Shown: piece by piece, positions 43,746 through 54,659 of the stretch
How the letters are laid out: every line of letters begins with the position of its first letter
How positions within the stretch are numbered: position 1 is the stretch's first letter
From: Syntrophales bacterium
Lineage (GTDB): Bacteria; Desulfobacterota; Syntrophia; Syntrophales; PHBD01
Direction: 5' to 3'
Length of the DNA: 64,000 nt
Assembly (NCBI GenBank): GCA_963668175.1
Contig: OY764159.1
Coordinates: 96,001-160,000 of the forward strand
Program-made: the position numbers and the translations under genes
The notes under the pieces: model-generated
The model's input: the letters and a program-made list of their open reading frames with translations, nothing else
What the model was told of the DNA's origin: nothing
The model's database searches: none

Positions 43746-43904
43746 GGGACGCTTCCTCAAAATAAGGTTCTATTTCAGGAAGAGACGATTTGCAAGATGA
43801 TGTTTATTAGGAAAGAGGCAACCGGGGGGTGACACTGGAGAGTCGTTCGACGGCCGCAGCCGCGCGATTACCGGCGAGAAAAAAATTGAGGCCGGCCTAT
43901 TGGC

Positions 43905-44273
43905 CTATTCGCCCTTCAATTTTTCCAGCTTTTCCTGTTTGGTTTTGCAATCAATGCACGACGTCGTAACGGGTCTGGCCATCAGCCTCTTCTCCGAAAT
44001 GGGGCCGCCGCACGTTTCGCAAATGCCATAAGCCCCGTCGTCGATCCTTTTGATCGCTTCCTGCATTTTAGAAATCAGTTTTCTCTCGCGATCGCGGATG
44101 CGCAATTCGAAATTCCTGTCCGATTCCAGAGAGGCCCGGTCGGTCGGATCTGGGAAATTCTCCTTGCTGTCCGTCATTTCAGTGACGGTCTTTTCTGCCT
44201 CTCCCAAGAGCTCATTGATCTTAAGAATAAGCATGTTTCTAAAATATTGGAGTTTCTCCGGCTTCATGGGCAT
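43905..44273 (-). CDS. dksA: RNA polymerase-binding protein DksA
   Basis: FPDPTDRAS, YGICETCG, RLMARP, CIDCK. Confidence 0.95.
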   Translation of the reverse strand: MPMKPEKLQYFRNMLILKINELLGEAEKTVTEMTDSKENFPDPTDRASLESDRNFELRIRDRERKLISKMQEAIKRIDDGAYGICETCGGPISEKRLMARPVTTSCIDCKTKQEKLEKLKGE

Positions 44274-44390
44274 AGACTCACCTCATGCAGTTTCCATAAA
44301 ATAAAATTAGGGTGAGTGTCATACATAATGACATCCTATTTGTAAAGAAAAAAATGATGGTCAGAGTATTTTCACGGCAGAAAAAACATC

Positions 44391-44419
44391 TTGATTAAAA
44401 AAAATTCTTGAATTATGGT
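44391..44419 (+). promoter_or_regulatory. Putative sigma70 promoter of the his genes
   Basis: TTGATT-17 nt-TATGGT. Confidence 0.5.
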
Positions 44420-44455
44420 ATCGGGCTTTAATAACATCGTGATGGAAGGAACATT

Positions 44456-44833
44456 ATGTCGATTGAACCCGATTTTGATAAAGGTGGCGGGCTGGTGCCC
44501 GTCATCGTGCAGGATAGCGAAACGAATGCGGTGTTGATGCTCGCTTATATGAACCGTGATTCCTGGCTCAAGACCCTGGAGACGGGCAAGGCCACATTCT
44601 GGAGCCGATCCAGGAACCAGTTATGGCTGAAAGGGGAGACTTCCGGTCATGTCCAAATCGTCAGAGATATTCTGATCGACTGCGACAACGATACCGTTCT
44701 TCTGAAAGTGACCCAGGTCGGAGGCGCGGCCTGCCATACCGGATATGCATCCTGTTTCTACAGAAAACTGAGCGGAGACGGTTTTGAAACGGTCGGCGAA
44801 CGCGTATTCGATCCAAAGGAAGTCTATAAATGA
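44456..44833 (+). CDS. hisI: Phosphoribosyl-AMP cyclohydrolase
   Basis: [28 protein letters not shown]. Confidence 0.95.
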   Translation: MSIEPDFDKGGGLVPVIVQDSETNAVLMLAYMNRDSWLKTLETGKATFWSRSRNQLWLKGETSGHVQIVRDILIDCDNDTVLLKVTQVGGAACHTGYASCFYRKLSGDGFETVGERVFDPKEVYK

Positions 44834-45702
44834 GTATATTAAAACTGGGAATTCCCAAAGGAAGTCTGGAGACAAGCACGGTCGATCTTTTCAAAAAAGC
44901 CGGCTGGAGAATTACCTATGACAGCCGGAGTTACTTTCCCGATATCGACGACAGCGAAATCTCCTGCCTGCTTGTGCGGGCCCAGGAGATGTCCAGATAT
45001 GTCGAAGACGGCACACTGGACCTGGGGCTGACGGGTAGGGACTGGATCGTGGAGAATGAATCCGATGTCCAGGTGGTGGAGGATTTGGTCTATTCCAAGA
45101 CATCGGCCAAAGAGGCCCGGTGGGTGCTTGTCGTCCGTCAGGATTCGCCGATCCAGTCGATCGAAGACCTCGAAGGCAAAAGGATATCGACGGAATTGGT
45201 CAGTTTCACGAAGCGTTATTTCGCAGAAAAGAAGATCGACGTCCATATAGAGTTTTCCTGGGGCGCAACCGAGGCCAAGGTCGTCGAAGGGCTGGTGGAC
45301 GCCATTGTGGAGGTCACGGAAACCGGGACCACCATCAGGGCCAACAAGCTCAAGATCATTCATGAACTGATGAAAACCAACACGCAGCTCATCGCCAATC
45401 ACAGCGCCTGGAATGATCCCTGGAAACGCCAGAAGATAGAGCAAATCAGGACCTTGCTCAATGGTTCGCTTCTGGCCATGGGCAAAGTCGGCTTGAAGCT
45501 CAACGTATCCAAAGAGAATCTGGGAAGGGTCGTGCTTCTGCTCCCTTCGCTGAAAGCACCCACGATATCGACCCTCTTTTCGGAAGAATGGGTTGCTGTT
45601 GAGACCATCGTGAGCAACAATGTTGTCCGCGACCTGATTCCCCTCCTTCGTGAGGCCGGCGCGGAAGGGATTATCGAATATCCTCTCAATAAGGTCATTT
45701 AG
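44830..45702 (+). CDS. hisG: ATP phosphoribosyltransferase (long form)
   Basis: [24 protein letters not shown] and the C-terminal regulatory domain. Confidence 0.95.
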   Translation: MSILKLGIPKGSLETSTVDLFKKAGWRITYDSRSYFPDIDDSEISCLLVRAQEMSRYVEDGTLDLGLTGRDWIVENESDVQVVEDLVYSKTSAKEARWVLVVRQDSPIQSIEDLEGKRISTELVSFTKRYFAEKKIDVHIEFSWGATEAKVVEGLVDAIVEVTETGTTIRANKLKIIHELMKTNTQLIANHSAWNDPWKRQKIEQIRTLLNGSLLAMGKVGLKLNVSKENLGRVVLLLPSLKAPTISTLFSEEWVAVETIVSNNVVRDLIPLLREAGAEGIIEYPLNKVI

Positions 45703-45711
45703 AGGGCTGCC

Positions 45712-46299
45712 ATGGCGCGAAAGGCAAGAATCAGCAGAAAGACGAATGAAACCAGCATTGTGCTGGAGATTAACCTCGACGGGACGGGTGAAGGCAATAT
45801 AGCGTCATCCATACCCTTCCTGGATCACATGCTGAATCTTTTTTCCAGGCACAGCCGCATCGACCTTGCCGTTAAAAGCAAAGGGGATACGCACATCGAC
45901 GATCACCATCTTGTCGAAGATATCGGCATCTGCCTCGGGAAAGCGTTTCAAAAAGCCATGGGAGATAAAGCGGGAATCAAGCGGTACGGATCCGCCTTCG
46001 TGCCCATGGATGAGAGTCTGTGCGGCGTCAACCTCGATATCTCCGGCAGACCATATCTGGTTTATGAGGTTAAATTCGGAAATAAGAACATCGGCGGCTT
46101 CGACCCCGCCCTGTTAAAGGAGTTTTTCAAAGCATTTTCGGATCATAGCGGAATAACCTTGCACATACAGGTCGTGTATGGTAGCAACTACCACCATATG
46201 GCGGAAGCGATATTCAAGGCCTTCGCCCGAGCCTTGGGGGAGGCGTTGACGCCCGATTCGAGGATCAAGGGCATACTTTCCACAAAAGGGTGCCTATAA
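45712..46299 (+). CDS. hisB: Imidazoleglycerol-phosphate dehydratase
   Basis: FLDHML, DDHHLVED, NYHHMAEAIFK, STKG. Confidence 0.96.
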   Translation: MARKARISRKTNETSIVLEINLDGTGEGNIASSIPFLDHMLNLFSRHSRIDLAVKSKGDTHIDDHHLVEDIGICLGKAFQKAMGDKAGIKRYGSAFVPMDESLCGVNLDISGRPYLVYEVKFGNKNIGGFDPALLKEFFKAFSDHSGITLHIQVVYGSNYHHMAEAIFKAFARALGEALTPDSRIKGILSTKGCL

Positions 46300-46340
46300 A
46301 GCAATTCTCCATCCTGTTGTCATAAGGGAAGGCGGCAGCC

Positions 46341-47033
46341 ATGCACGCGGTTACGGTTATGTTCAGTCTCATGCGATTCCTGTTACCGGCAGTCCTCCTG
46401 ACAGCTTTTCTGGCTGGTTGCGCATCCAATAAACCCTCAGCCGTTAAATACGGACCCGAAGAGGTTTTCCGAAGAATAGCCGTCGTTCCTTTCCAAAAGG
46501 CGGCGCCTGAAGATATCAACGTCCAGCAGGCTCGTCATCCGATTGCGGCAGGCTCATTCAGAATCGACCAGTCCGATAAAGACCCGGAAAAAATACTGGG
46601 TGATCTATTCACGGACAAGCTCAAACAGTACCCAAAGCTGGAAGTCATCTCGACGGATAAGGTGGGCGCTGTTTTCCTGAGGACAACCGCCGGATCTCTT
46701 AAGGCCACCCTGCCGGAAGTTTTAAAGAAAATCGGCGACGAGGTCGAAGCCGACGGCATCGTCGTCGGTTATCTCTATCGCTGGCGTGAATTGCAGGGAC
46801 GTCCCTATTCCGCCGAAAAGCCTGCCTCCGTTGCCTTTGACGTTCAGCTGTTCAGGGTTAAAGACGGCGCTTTGATGTGGAGGGGTTTTTTTGATCGCAC
46901 CCAGACCTCTCTTATGGAGAATATGCTGCAGATGTCGTTCTTCTTCAAAGAAGGAGGACGATGGGTAAGCGTTCGGGATTTGGCCATTGCGGGACTGGAT
47001 GAAGTCTTGAAAACATTTCCGGCGGCGAAATAG
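46341..47033 (+). CDS. Putative lipoprotein (IAVVPF-type alpha/beta domain)
   Basis: Lipobox FLAGC; RIAVVPF; start may be 46371. Confidence 0.75.
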   Translation: MHAVTVMFSLMRFLLPAVLLTAFLAGCASNKPSAVKYGPEEVFRRIAVVPFQKAAPEDINVQQARHPIAAGSFRIDQSDKDPEKILGDLFTDKLKQYPKLEVISTDKVGAVFLRTTAGSLKATLPEVLKKIGDEVEADGIVVGYLYRWRELQGRPYSAEKPASVAFDVQLFRVKDGALMWRGFFDRTQTSLMENMLQMSFFFKEGGRWVSVRDLAIAGLDEVLKTFPAAK

Positions 47034-47065
47034 ATACCGAATCCAGCAAACGGGGTTGAATGAAT

Positions 47066-47101
47066 TCGGAATTTCCTTCGCTGAGGGAATTCCGATTTTT
47101 T
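47066..47101 (+). terminator. Putative intrinsic terminator
   Basis: tcggaatttcct ... agggaattccga followed by tttttt. Confidence 0.55.
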
Positions 47102-47117
47102 CTTGGAAGGATTCATT

Positions 47118-47849
47118 GTGATTATCATACCGGCAATCGATCTTCGGGACGGTAAATGCGTCAGGCTCGCGCAAGGCGATTTTAACCGCATGACTGTTTA
47201 TTCCGACGATCCCGTCGAAATAGCCCTGCGATGGCAGGCCAAAGGCGCCAGCCGCCTTCATGTCGTCGACCTTGACGGCTCCAGGTCAGGCGCACCTCAG
47301 AACATGACGGTCGTGAAGGACATTATCGCCGCTGTCGATATGTCTGTGGAGATCGGCGGCGGCATAAGGGATCTGGCGACCCTGGAACGCTATCTCTCTT
47401 TAGGTGCCGGCTGGGTCATCCTGGGAACGGCCGCCCTGAGGGACGAGATGTTCGTCCGCGAGGCCTGCCGGCTTCACGGCAGGCAGGTCATTCTCGGTAT
47501 AGATGCAACGGACGGCATGGTAGCCGTCCAGGGCTGGACCGAAAAGACGACCGTTTCCGCCCATGAACTTGCCGCTCAGTATGAGGATTACGGGCTGGCA
47601 GCCATTGTCTATACCGATATCAAAAGGGACGGCATGGAGAAGGGCGTCAACATCGAAGCAACCGAGGCCTTTGCCCGGCGGATCAAGACGCCGGTTATAG
47701 CGTCCGGCGGCGTTTCGGACATACATGACATCGAAAAAGTCCTCTCGATAGAAAAATTCGGAGTTATGGGCGTCATTGTGGGAAAATCCCTTTACACCGG
47801 CGCCGTATCGCTGGAAGAAGCCGTCGCCCTGACTGCGAGAAATAAATAG
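47118..47849 (+). CDS. hisA: ProFAR isomerase HisA
   Basis: IIIPAIDLRDGKCVRL, HVVDLDG, GGGIR, YTDIKRDG; GTG start. Confidence 0.95.
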   Translation: MIIIPAIDLRDGKCVRLAQGDFNRMTVYSDDPVEIALRWQAKGASRLHVVDLDGSRSGAPQNMTVVKDIIAAVDMSVEIGGGIRDLATLERYLSLGAGWVILGTAALRDEMFVREACRLHGRQVILGIDATDGMVAVQGWTEKTTVSAHELAAQYEDYGLAAIVYTDIKRDGMEKGVNIEATEAFARRIKTPVIASGGVSDIHDIEKVLSIEKFGVMGVIVGKSLYTGAVSLEEAVALTARNK

Positions 47850-47864
47850 GAGGAGGTGCGAGCG

Positions 47865-48209
47865 ATGGAAGACTGCATTTTCTGTAAAATCGCCAGCGGT
47901 GCAATCCCATGCAACAAAGTTTTCGAAAATGATCGTGTGCTTGCCTTCGATGATATTCATCCTGTGGCACCCGTTCATGTCGTCGTCATCCCCAAGGACC
48001 ATATCCCGACCCTGATGGACATCACCAGGGAAAAGATGGAAACCTTCAATGCCGTCACCGCGGCGGTTCAGGAGGTGGCAAGGATCAAGGGCATCGATCA
48101 GAGGGGCTTCAAGACCGTCATCAATACCAATAAAGAAGGCGGACAGGTCATTTTTCATCTGCATGTCCATGTCATCGGCGGAGGGAAAATCGACGTGGAA
48201 AAACTGTGA
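47865..48209 (+). CDS. HIT family nucleotide-binding protein
   Basis: DCIFCKI, GQVIFHLHVHVIGG. Confidence 0.93.
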   Translation: MEDCIFCKIASGAIPCNKVFENDRVLAFDDIHPVAPVHVVVIPKDHIPTLMDITREKMETFNAVTAAVQEVARIKGIDQRGFKTVINTNKEGGQVIFHLHVHVIGGGKIDVEKL

Positions 48210-48220
48210 CGAAATGTATA

Positions 48221-48248
48221 TTGACAAATCAATAAGCGAACTTATCTT
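48221..48248 (+). promoter_or_regulatory. Putative sigma70 promoter of yqeY-dnaG-rpoD
   Basis: TTGACA-16 nt-TATCTT. Confidence 0.5.
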
Positions 48249-48263
48249 AATTAAGGTGACGAT

Positions 48264-48710
48264 ATGAATTTCAAGGAAAGAATCGAAAAAGAGATGGTGG
48301 CGGCCGCAAGAGCCAAGGACAAGCTGCGTTTATCGGCCTTGAGGCTCGTTAAAAACGGACTGCACAATAAGGAAATCGACCTCCACAGGGATCTCAACGA
48401 GGCGGAATTTCTGCAGATGGTCGCCGGAATGGTCAAACAACGGAAAGATTCCATCGAACAGTTCGCCAAGGGAGGCCGGATTGACCTCGTGGAGAAGGAG
48501 GAGGCCGAGTTGAAGGTTGTCCTCGAGTTCATGCCCGCTCAGATGACCGAAGCGGAACTCGACGCGGAGATCGCCAAAGCTATCGAGGAAGCGGGTGCGG
48601 CAGGCCCCAAAGATATGGGCAAGGTCATGAAAATATTGATGCCGCGGTTGGCCGGCAAAGCCGACGGAAAAATGGCCGGCGACAAGGTAAAGGCAAAGTT
48701 GTCTTCCTGA
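48264..48710 (+). CDS. GatB/YqeY domain protein
   Basis: KQRKDSIEQFAKGGR, DMGKVM, GKADG. Confidence 0.92.
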   Translation: MNFKERIEKEMVAAARAKDKLRLSALRLVKNGLHNKEIDLHRDLNEAEFLQMVAGMVKQRKDSIEQFAKGGRIDLVEKEEAELKVVLEFMPAQMTEAELDAEIAKAIEEAGAAGPKDMGKVMKILMPRLAGKADGKMAGDKVKAKLSS

Positions 48711-48811
48711 TGGTTATTTACTAAATTGGGCAACGTTTCTCTGAAAATTCATGCTGTCGGCTGGAAATGGCGTTTCCTGTTTCTTTAGCCTTCTGACTGA
48801 GGGAGACGATA

Positions 48812-50584
48812 TTGAAGGGGTACATTCCCGAAGATAAGGTCGAAGAGATCAAGAGCAGGACGAATATTACCGATGTCGTTTCACAGTACGTAACGCTGAA
48901 GAAAGCGGGACGAAATCTGGTGGGGCTTTGCCCCTTTCACAAGGAAAAGACGCCTTCGTTCACGGTAAGAGAGGATAAACAGATCTTTCATTGTTTCGGA
49001 TGCAATGAAGGGGGGGATGCGGTCTCTTTTTTAATGAAGGTCTCCCAGATGACCTATCCCGAGGCGCTTCGGCATCTGGCGGAAAGAGCCGGTGTCGTTC
49101 TGCCGGAAAGGACCGGAAACCGCAACGATCAAGACCGTCACAGCAGCCGCGAACAGTCCTATCGCGTCAACACGCTTGCGGCCGGCCACTTTGCAAAGAA
49201 TCTGACGCTGCCGCTCGGCAAGGTGGCCAGGGATTATCTGGCCAAGCGTGATATCGGTCCCGGGGCGATAGCAACGTTCAACCTGGGTTACGCTCCGGAC
49301 AGTTGGCGGAATCTCAGAGATTACCTGGAAAGAGAAAAAATATCGCTCCAGACGGCTGAGAAACTGGGGCTGCTGATACCCCGGGAGGGCAGCGGCTCCT
49401 ATGACCGTTTCCGGGGACGGCTCATCTTCCCCATCGAGGACGTGAGCGGCCGGGTGATCGCGTTCGGCGGCAGGATCCTGGGCGAAGGGGTTCCTAAATA
49501 TATGAATTCGCCGGAATCCGAGATATATACCAAAGGAAGGCATCTTTACGGCCTTTATCGCACCCGGGAAGATATCCGGAAGGAAGGCTACGCCATCCTC
49601 GTCGAAGGTTATTTCGATTTGATCGCCCTTTGGAACTTTGGCGTAAGAAACGTCGTAGCGACACTGGGCACGGCACTGACCCATGAGCATGTCGATCTTA
49701 TCCGCCGGTATACGCAGAACATGGCGGTCGTCTTCGACTCCGATGAAGCGGGAAAGAAAGCGTTGACCAGGAGCATCGGTTTTTTTCTTGCCGGCAATAT
49801 GAAGGCGAAAGCGGTTGTTCTTCCCGACGGCTATGACCCTGACGACTTCGTGAGGGCTTTCGGTAAAGAAAAATTGACGGACATCATCAAGAATTCAGGG
49901 TCAATGGTCGATTACTATATCGACCGGGTCATCGGCGAACGGCACGGGCTGGAAGAAAAACGGGAGGCCCTGCACCAGGCCGTGGCCCTTATTAAAGATA
50001 TATCGAGCGCATCCGAACAGGATCTTTTTATACAAAGGGTAGCCGAAAGACTCGGCATAGATCGGGCGCTGCTTCGCAAAGACGTGCGCCGAACCGCAAC
50101 CGTTCCGCCGACGGTGACGCGCGGTTCTGCGGAAGCGGCGAAAAAGAATGTTGCCGTCGATGCCGTGGAGCTGCTCCTTGTCAGCACCATGCTCGAATTC
50201 CCGAAAGTGATCCCGACGGTCGACGACGCGAACGTTATGCTCTATCTTGCGACGGGCGACCTGAAGCGGATCGGCGAGGAGGTCCTGGAAACATTCAAAA
50301 AGGACGGCAGGATCGATGTCATGGGCGTCATGAACGGCATGGAACAAGGTCCTGCCCGGGAAAGGCTGATGCAGTTGATCATCAATGATCACCCCTATGA
50401 TGAAACGGTGGTCGATCGGGTCGTTGCCGACGCCATAAAAAAGATAAAACAAAGATGGTACAAGGAGAAGCGGAGAGCCCTTCAAATTGAGCTACGCAAG
50501 GCGGAAAGCGAAGGCAATGCGTCATTGAGCGATCAACTCGTTCTTGAACAGAAGAAATTGATTCAGGAAGAAAAAGGATTATAG
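48812..50584 (+). CDS. dnaG: DNA primase
   Basis: [11 protein letters not shown]...CFGC zinc domain, KYMNSPE, VEGYFD, FDSDEAG, DPDD. Confidence 0.96.
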   Translation: MKGYIPEDKVEEIKSRTNITDVVSQYVTLKKAGRNLVGLCPFHKEKTPSFTVREDKQIFHCFGCNEGGDAVSFLMKVSQMTYPEALRHLAERAGVVLPERTGNRNDQDRHSSREQSYRVNTLAAGHFAKNLTLPLGKVARDYLAKRDIGPGAIATFNLGYAPDSWRNLRDYLEREKISLQTAEKLGLLIPREGSGSYDRFRGRLIFPIEDVSGRVIAFGGRILGEGVPKYMNSPESEIYTKGRHLYGLYRTREDIRKEGYAILVEGYFDLIALWNFGVRNVVATLGTALTHEHVDLIRRYTQNMAVVFDSDEAGKKALTRSIGFFLAGNMKAKAVVLPDGYDPDDFVRAFGKEKLTDIIKNSGSMVDYYIDRVIGERHGLEEKREALHQAVALIKDISSASEQDLFIQRVAERLGIDRALLRKDVRRTATVPPTVTRGSAEAAKKNVAVDAVELLLVSTMLEFPKVIPTVDDANVMLYLATGDLKRIGEEVLETFKKDGRIDVMGVMNGMEQGPARERLMQLIINDHPYDETVVDRVVADAIKKIKQRWYKEKRRALQIELRKAESEGNASLSDQLVLEQKKLIQEEKGL

Positions 50585-50586
50585 CC

Positions 50587-52362
50587 ATGGCAGCAAAAAA
50601 ATATCGGGGAGATACGGATATGGGAAAGGACGTCCAGTCTGAAGAATTTAAGAAGCTGATTACGCTCGGAGAGGAAAAGGGTTTCCTCACCTACGACGAT
50701 TTTAACGATTTGTTGCCGTCAGACGTCATATCTTCAGATCAAATAGATGATATCATTATGCTGTTCGGCGAAAAGAACATCGACATCATCGATACCGACA
50801 AGGGCGAAAAGCTCATCGTCAAAAAAGCGGCCGACGAAGTCGTCGATACGAAGGAAGAAGACACCCTCGGCCTTCTGCCGACCATCGGAAAGACTGGCGA
50901 CCCCGTGAAGATGTATCTCCGTGAAATGGGTTTGGTTTCTCTGCTCAGCCGGGAAGGGGAGGTTGAGATAGCGAAGAAAATCGAGCTCGGCGACAAGGAA
51001 GTCATGGACTCCGTTTTCAGCGTCAATTCATCGGTAAAGGCCGTGGTCGACCTGGGGGCAAAGCTTAAGACGGGCGAGATCCGCATTAAAAGCGTCGTGG
51101 ACAATCTCGAAGACGAAGAAGGGTTCGTCGAGGAAGAGATGCATCGGGAAAGGGTCGCCAAGCTGATCGACAAAGTCACGGCGCTGGACAGGAAAAACAA
51201 CGCACTTCGGCTCAAGCTCAAGGAAAAAGGCATCAATGAAACGAAAAAGGACCTTATCAAGGTCGATATCGGTAAGAACTTGCGGAGCATCATTAACTAC
51301 TGCCGGAAAATCAAGTTCAGCAAAAAACAGATCGACCGCATGGTCCTGAAACTCAAATATTATATGTCCGAACTGGACAAAGCGGAGAAAGACATCCGCA
51401 TTGTCAAAGAGAAGACCGGGCTCCCCCTGAAAGAGCTTGACAGGGTCTGGGCGCGAATGAGGATTTCTCCGAAGGAGGCCAAGCTGGCGGCGAAAGAAGT
51501 GGGCGTCTCCGCCGATAAGCTGAGATCCTATGAAAATATGATCAAGGATGCGAGCCATGTCATCAAGGAGATCAACCAGGAGACGGGAATCACCTCGGCG
51601 GCCCTGAAAAAGGTGATCCAGTCGATAGAAAAGGGCGAATCGGAGGCCGAAATTGCGAAAAGAAAGCTCGTCGAGGCCAACCTCCGCCTCGTTGTGAGCA
51701 TCGCCAAGAAATACACGAACCGCGGCCTCCAGTTTCTCGATCTCATCCAGGAGGGCAACATCGGCCTCATGAAGGCTGTCGATAAATTCGAGTACCAACG
51801 GGGCTACAAATTCTCCACGTATGCCACATGGTGGATAAGGCAGGCCATCACGAGGGCCATCGCTGATCAGGCCAGAACCATCCGCATTCCCGTTCACATG
51901 ATTGAGACAATCAACAAGCTGATCCGGACGTCCCGTTACCTCGTGCAGGAACTCGGTCGGGAACCGAACCCCGAAGAGATTGCCAACAAGATGGAATATC
52001 CCTTGGAGAAGGTGAGGAAGGTTCTCAAAATCGCCAAAGAACCCATCTCCCTAGAAACCCCGATCGGAGAGGAAGAAGACAGCCATCTGGGAGATTTCAT
52101 CGAGGACAAGAAGATCATGTCGCCCTCGGAGGCGACCATCAGCATGGATCTGGCCGAACAGACCAGGAAAATTCTTGCGACGCTGACATCCCGGGAGGAA
52201 AAGGTTCTCCGGATGCGCTTCGGCATCAGCGAAAGGCTCGATTATGGACCCGATGAATCCCAGGAAGTCCTGACCGCCAAGAAGGATAAACCGAAACAGA
52301 TCGAAGCGCCGCCCGGCAAGAAGCCCGCGAAGTCGCAGATCAAAAAGGCAATCAAGTACTGA
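50587..52362 (+). CDS. rpoD: RNA polymerase primary sigma factor RpoD with degenerate region 4.2
   Basis: Regions 1.1, 1.2 ([11 protein letters not shown]), 2 ([24 protein letters not shown]), 3 and 4.1 intact; canonical position after dnaG; alternative start at 50620. Confidence 0.93.
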   Translation: MAAKKYRGDTDMGKDVQSEEFKKLITLGEEKGFLTYDDFNDLLPSDVISSDQIDDIIMLFGEKNIDIIDTDKGEKLIVKKAADEVVDTKEEDTLGLLPTIGKTGDPVKMYLREMGLVSLLSREGEVEIAKKIELGDKEVMDSVFSVNSSVKAVVDLGAKLKTGEIRIKSVVDNLEDEEGFVEEEMHRERVAKLIDKVTALDRKNNALRLKLKEKGINETKKDLIKVDIGKNLRSIINYCRKIKFSKKQIDRMVLKLKYYMSELDKAEKDIRIVKEKTGLPLKELDRVWARMRISPKEAKLAAKEVGVSADKLRSYENMIKDASHVIKEINQETGITSAALKKVIQSIEKGESEAEIAKRKLVEANLRLVVSIAKKYTNRGLQFLDLIQEGNIGLMKAVDKFEYQRGYKFSTYATWWIRQAITRAIADQARTIRIPVHMIETINKLIRTSRYLVQELGREPNPEEIANKMEYPLEKVRKVLKIAKEPISLETPIGEEEDSHLGDFIEDKKIMSPSEATISMDLAEQTRKILATLTSREEKVLRMRFGISERLDYGPDESQEVLTAKKDKPKQIEAPPGKKPAKSQIKKAIKY

Positions 52363-52375
52363 TTCTAAAAATATG

Positions 52376-52404
52376 TTGACAAGAATGGAGAATGAGGTTA
52401 GCAG
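52376..52404 (+). promoter_or_regulatory. Possible tRNA promoter
   Basis: TTGACA-17 nt-TAGCAG (weak -10). Confidence 0.35.
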
Positions 52405-52461
52405 AAATCGCGGTTGCGTATGAGCCGACGGTTCAAACGTAATAACCATAAGTAAAATAAA

Positions 52462-52537
52462 GGGCCCATAGCTCAATTGGTAGAGCCACCGGCTCATAAC
52501 CGGTAGGTCCCTGGTTCGAACCCAGGTGGGCCCACCA
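52462..52537 (+). tRNA. tRNA with CAT anticodon, probably tRNA-Ile2 (lysidine)
   Basis: Cloverleaf GGGCCCA...TGGGCCC-ACCA, TAGCTCA, CTCATAA loop, GTTCGA; position after rpoD matches ileX-type loci. Elongator Met cannot be excluded by eye. Confidence 0.9.
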
Positions 52538-52657
52538 TTTTTAAACAGCGTTGAATATATACGAAACGACATTTATCGGGGATAGATGAAATGGCATGTG
52601 AGTGTATGCGCCGCGGCAACCCTCGTTCATCTTCAAAGGAGGAGTATCCTGAGACTG

Positions 52658-52686
52658 AATGCACCGTATAGCGGTGCATTTTTTTT
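52658..52686 (+). terminator. Intrinsic terminator
   Basis: aatgcaccg ... cggtgcatt followed by a T run. Confidence 0.7.
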
Positions 52687-52724
52687 CGGTAGTAATATTT
52701 TGTTCTGGTGAAAGGGGGCACTTT

Positions 52725-53447
52725 TTGAAAGAATCGCTATCATTTCTCATCGAAGTTCAACAAATAGATTCGTCGATCGGCCGAATTTACGGGAAGAAAA
52801 AGGATTTGCCCGAAAAACTGTCGGAACTTCAAGGAGCCTTCGAGAAGGCCAACAACGAATTCTCGGAAAACAAGAAGAATATTGACGAATTGGTAGGAAA
52901 ACACAAAGAAAAGGAAGACAGCCTGAAGAAAGGCCAGGAACTCCTGAAAAAGACCAAGGCCCGTCAATTCGAAGTGAAAACCAATAAAGAATATGAAGCG
53001 ATCCTGAAGGAGATTGAATCCATCGAGGAAAAAAACAGCCAGGCGGAGGATCAGATCATCATCCTTCTCGATGAAATGGATCGCTGCCGGGCCGCTTTCG
53101 TTCATACGGAGAAGGAATTCAAGGAATTTAAACTCCGTTATGAAGGCGATAAAAAGAAGATTGAAGATGAACTGGCCGCCCTGGATTCGGAACTCCAGAT
53201 TTTGCAGGAAAAAAGCGATAAAGTTCGCCAAGTGATCGACAAAGCGCTCCTGAAAAAATACGAGGCCATTAAGGGACTCAATAAAGGTTTGGCTGTTGTT
53301 CCCGCGTGGAAGGAAGTGTGCCAGGGCTGCCACATGAACATCCCGCCTCAATTGTATAACGAGTTGCAGAAAACGGTCCAGTTGATCACCTGTCCGAACT
53401 GCAACCGCATCCTCTATTGGGAAAATCAGAATACAGACAGCCATTGA
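52725..53447 (+). CDS. Coiled-coil protein with C4 zinc ribbon (DUF164 family)
   Basis: Long coiled coil, KTNKEY, CQGCHMNIPPQ...CPNCNRIL; TTG start after AAGGGGG. Confidence 0.9.
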   Translation: MKESLSFLIEVQQIDSSIGRIYGKKKDLPEKLSELQGAFEKANNEFSENKKNIDELVGKHKEKEDSLKKGQELLKKTKARQFEVKTNKEYEAILKEIESIEEKNSQAEDQIIILLDEMDRCRAAFVHTEKEFKEFKLRYEGDKKKIEDELAALDSELQILQEKSDKVRQVIDKALLKKYEAIKGLNKGLAVVPAWKEVCQGCHMNIPPQLYNELQKTVQLITCPNCNRILYWENQNTDSH

Positions 53448-53598
53448 GTTTCCGTCTGTTCTTTTCTTATGGGCGGTAGGCTGCCCTTAAAATAGCGGAC
53501 ATGCAGAAACCGGGGCGGTTATTGTTCCGAATCTCCCTGGAGCAGAAAGCAGGGAGATCGAAGCCCTATCTTTCATTAGACGCTCTTTCAAATTTACG

Positions 53599-53989
53599 GG
53601 TGTTGGAGCAGGCCAGATGATCGCTGTTCCGGTTTTCCGGAACGGAGGAAAGTCCGAGCTCCGCAGGGCAGGATGGTCGCTAACGGCGACTGGGGGCGAC
53701 CCTAAGGAAAGTGCCACAGAAAATATACCGCCCGGTTCCCCTTCGGGAGAATCAGGTAAGGGTGAAAAGGCGAGGTAAGAGCTCACCAGTTTCCCGGGTG
53801 ACCGGGAAAGCTTGGTAAACCCCATCCGGAGCAAGACCGAATAGGAGAACACGAAGGGCGGCCCGTCCAACGTTCTCGGGTTGGTCGCTTGAGGCAACGG
53901 GCAACCGTTGCCCCAGATGAATGATCATCACCGCCAGGAGGGCAACCTTGAGGCGGCACAGAACTCGGCTTACGGCCTGGTCCAGCACC
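53599..53989 (+). ncRNA. rnpB: RNase P RNA (type A)
   Basis: GAGGAAAGTCC, GGAAAGTGCCACAGAAA, GGTAAACCCC, GAGCAA and ACAGAACTCGGCTTA signatures; terminal P1 pairing ggtgttggagcaggcc / ggcctggtccagcacc. Confidence 0.95.
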
Positions 53990-54659
53990 TCACAATAGAT
54001 CATTATAAATCTTCGGCGCCTTTACGCATACACATCATTTATTACCTGTTCTTCCCAGTTCTCATCAGAAGATGTAAACTGCAACACCATGCGGCATAAG
54101 CACCGTGCTGTCCCCGTCCGTCCAATGGCACAGTGTATCGCTCACGACCCGTCTACATAACAATTCCAGCCGGCATCAATCGCTAAGCCCTCTCGAGACG
54201 GCCATTCGGCAACCGGGAGCATGGGAGCCGGAGCAAACAAAGTCCGAGCAGACCCTGGCGCCGGCCCTAAGCGGCTGACTCAAAAAGCACTATCGCAATC
54301 TATACAAAAAGAGAATTTTACTTAGGGAAAACCTCATGAAAAAACTTGAGACATCTTCATTGTATTCCTTGACAAATAACACATTTAAGTATAGCTATCG
54401 CAAGTAACACTTATAATTGGCGTTGTCTCCAGCCGTTATTCATCAGAGGTAATCTTTTTCATTTACATCGGCGACACGAAGGCATTCAGATCACACTGCA
54501 ACGGTGGCGGTCGGAATGCCCAAGTTATACTGATACTTCTGCTCCTGCTGCTTATTGAAATACGTGCCAGCTCTGTTTCCGCCTGTCCACAGTTTATAAC
54601 TGATAGTTGTAATAAGTATCGAACTTTTTACTAACTAAGACTGGAAAGGAGGGTGTACA

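Noticed and set aside
48210..48263. rpsU, often found upstream of yqeY-dnaG-rpoD
   Set aside because: Only 54 nt separate the HIT and yqeY genes, so there is no room; relocation of rpsU is not unusual.
52222..52362. Frameshift or sequencing indel as the cause of the odd RpoD tail
   Set aside because: QIEA stays in frame and in register, and the other two frames stop early without TLEEVG/TRERIR.
53990..54659. Cobalamin riboswitch upstream of the mutase operon
   Set aside because: B12-box and GGGAA...GCCCCCGCAACTGT-like signatures were not found by eye.
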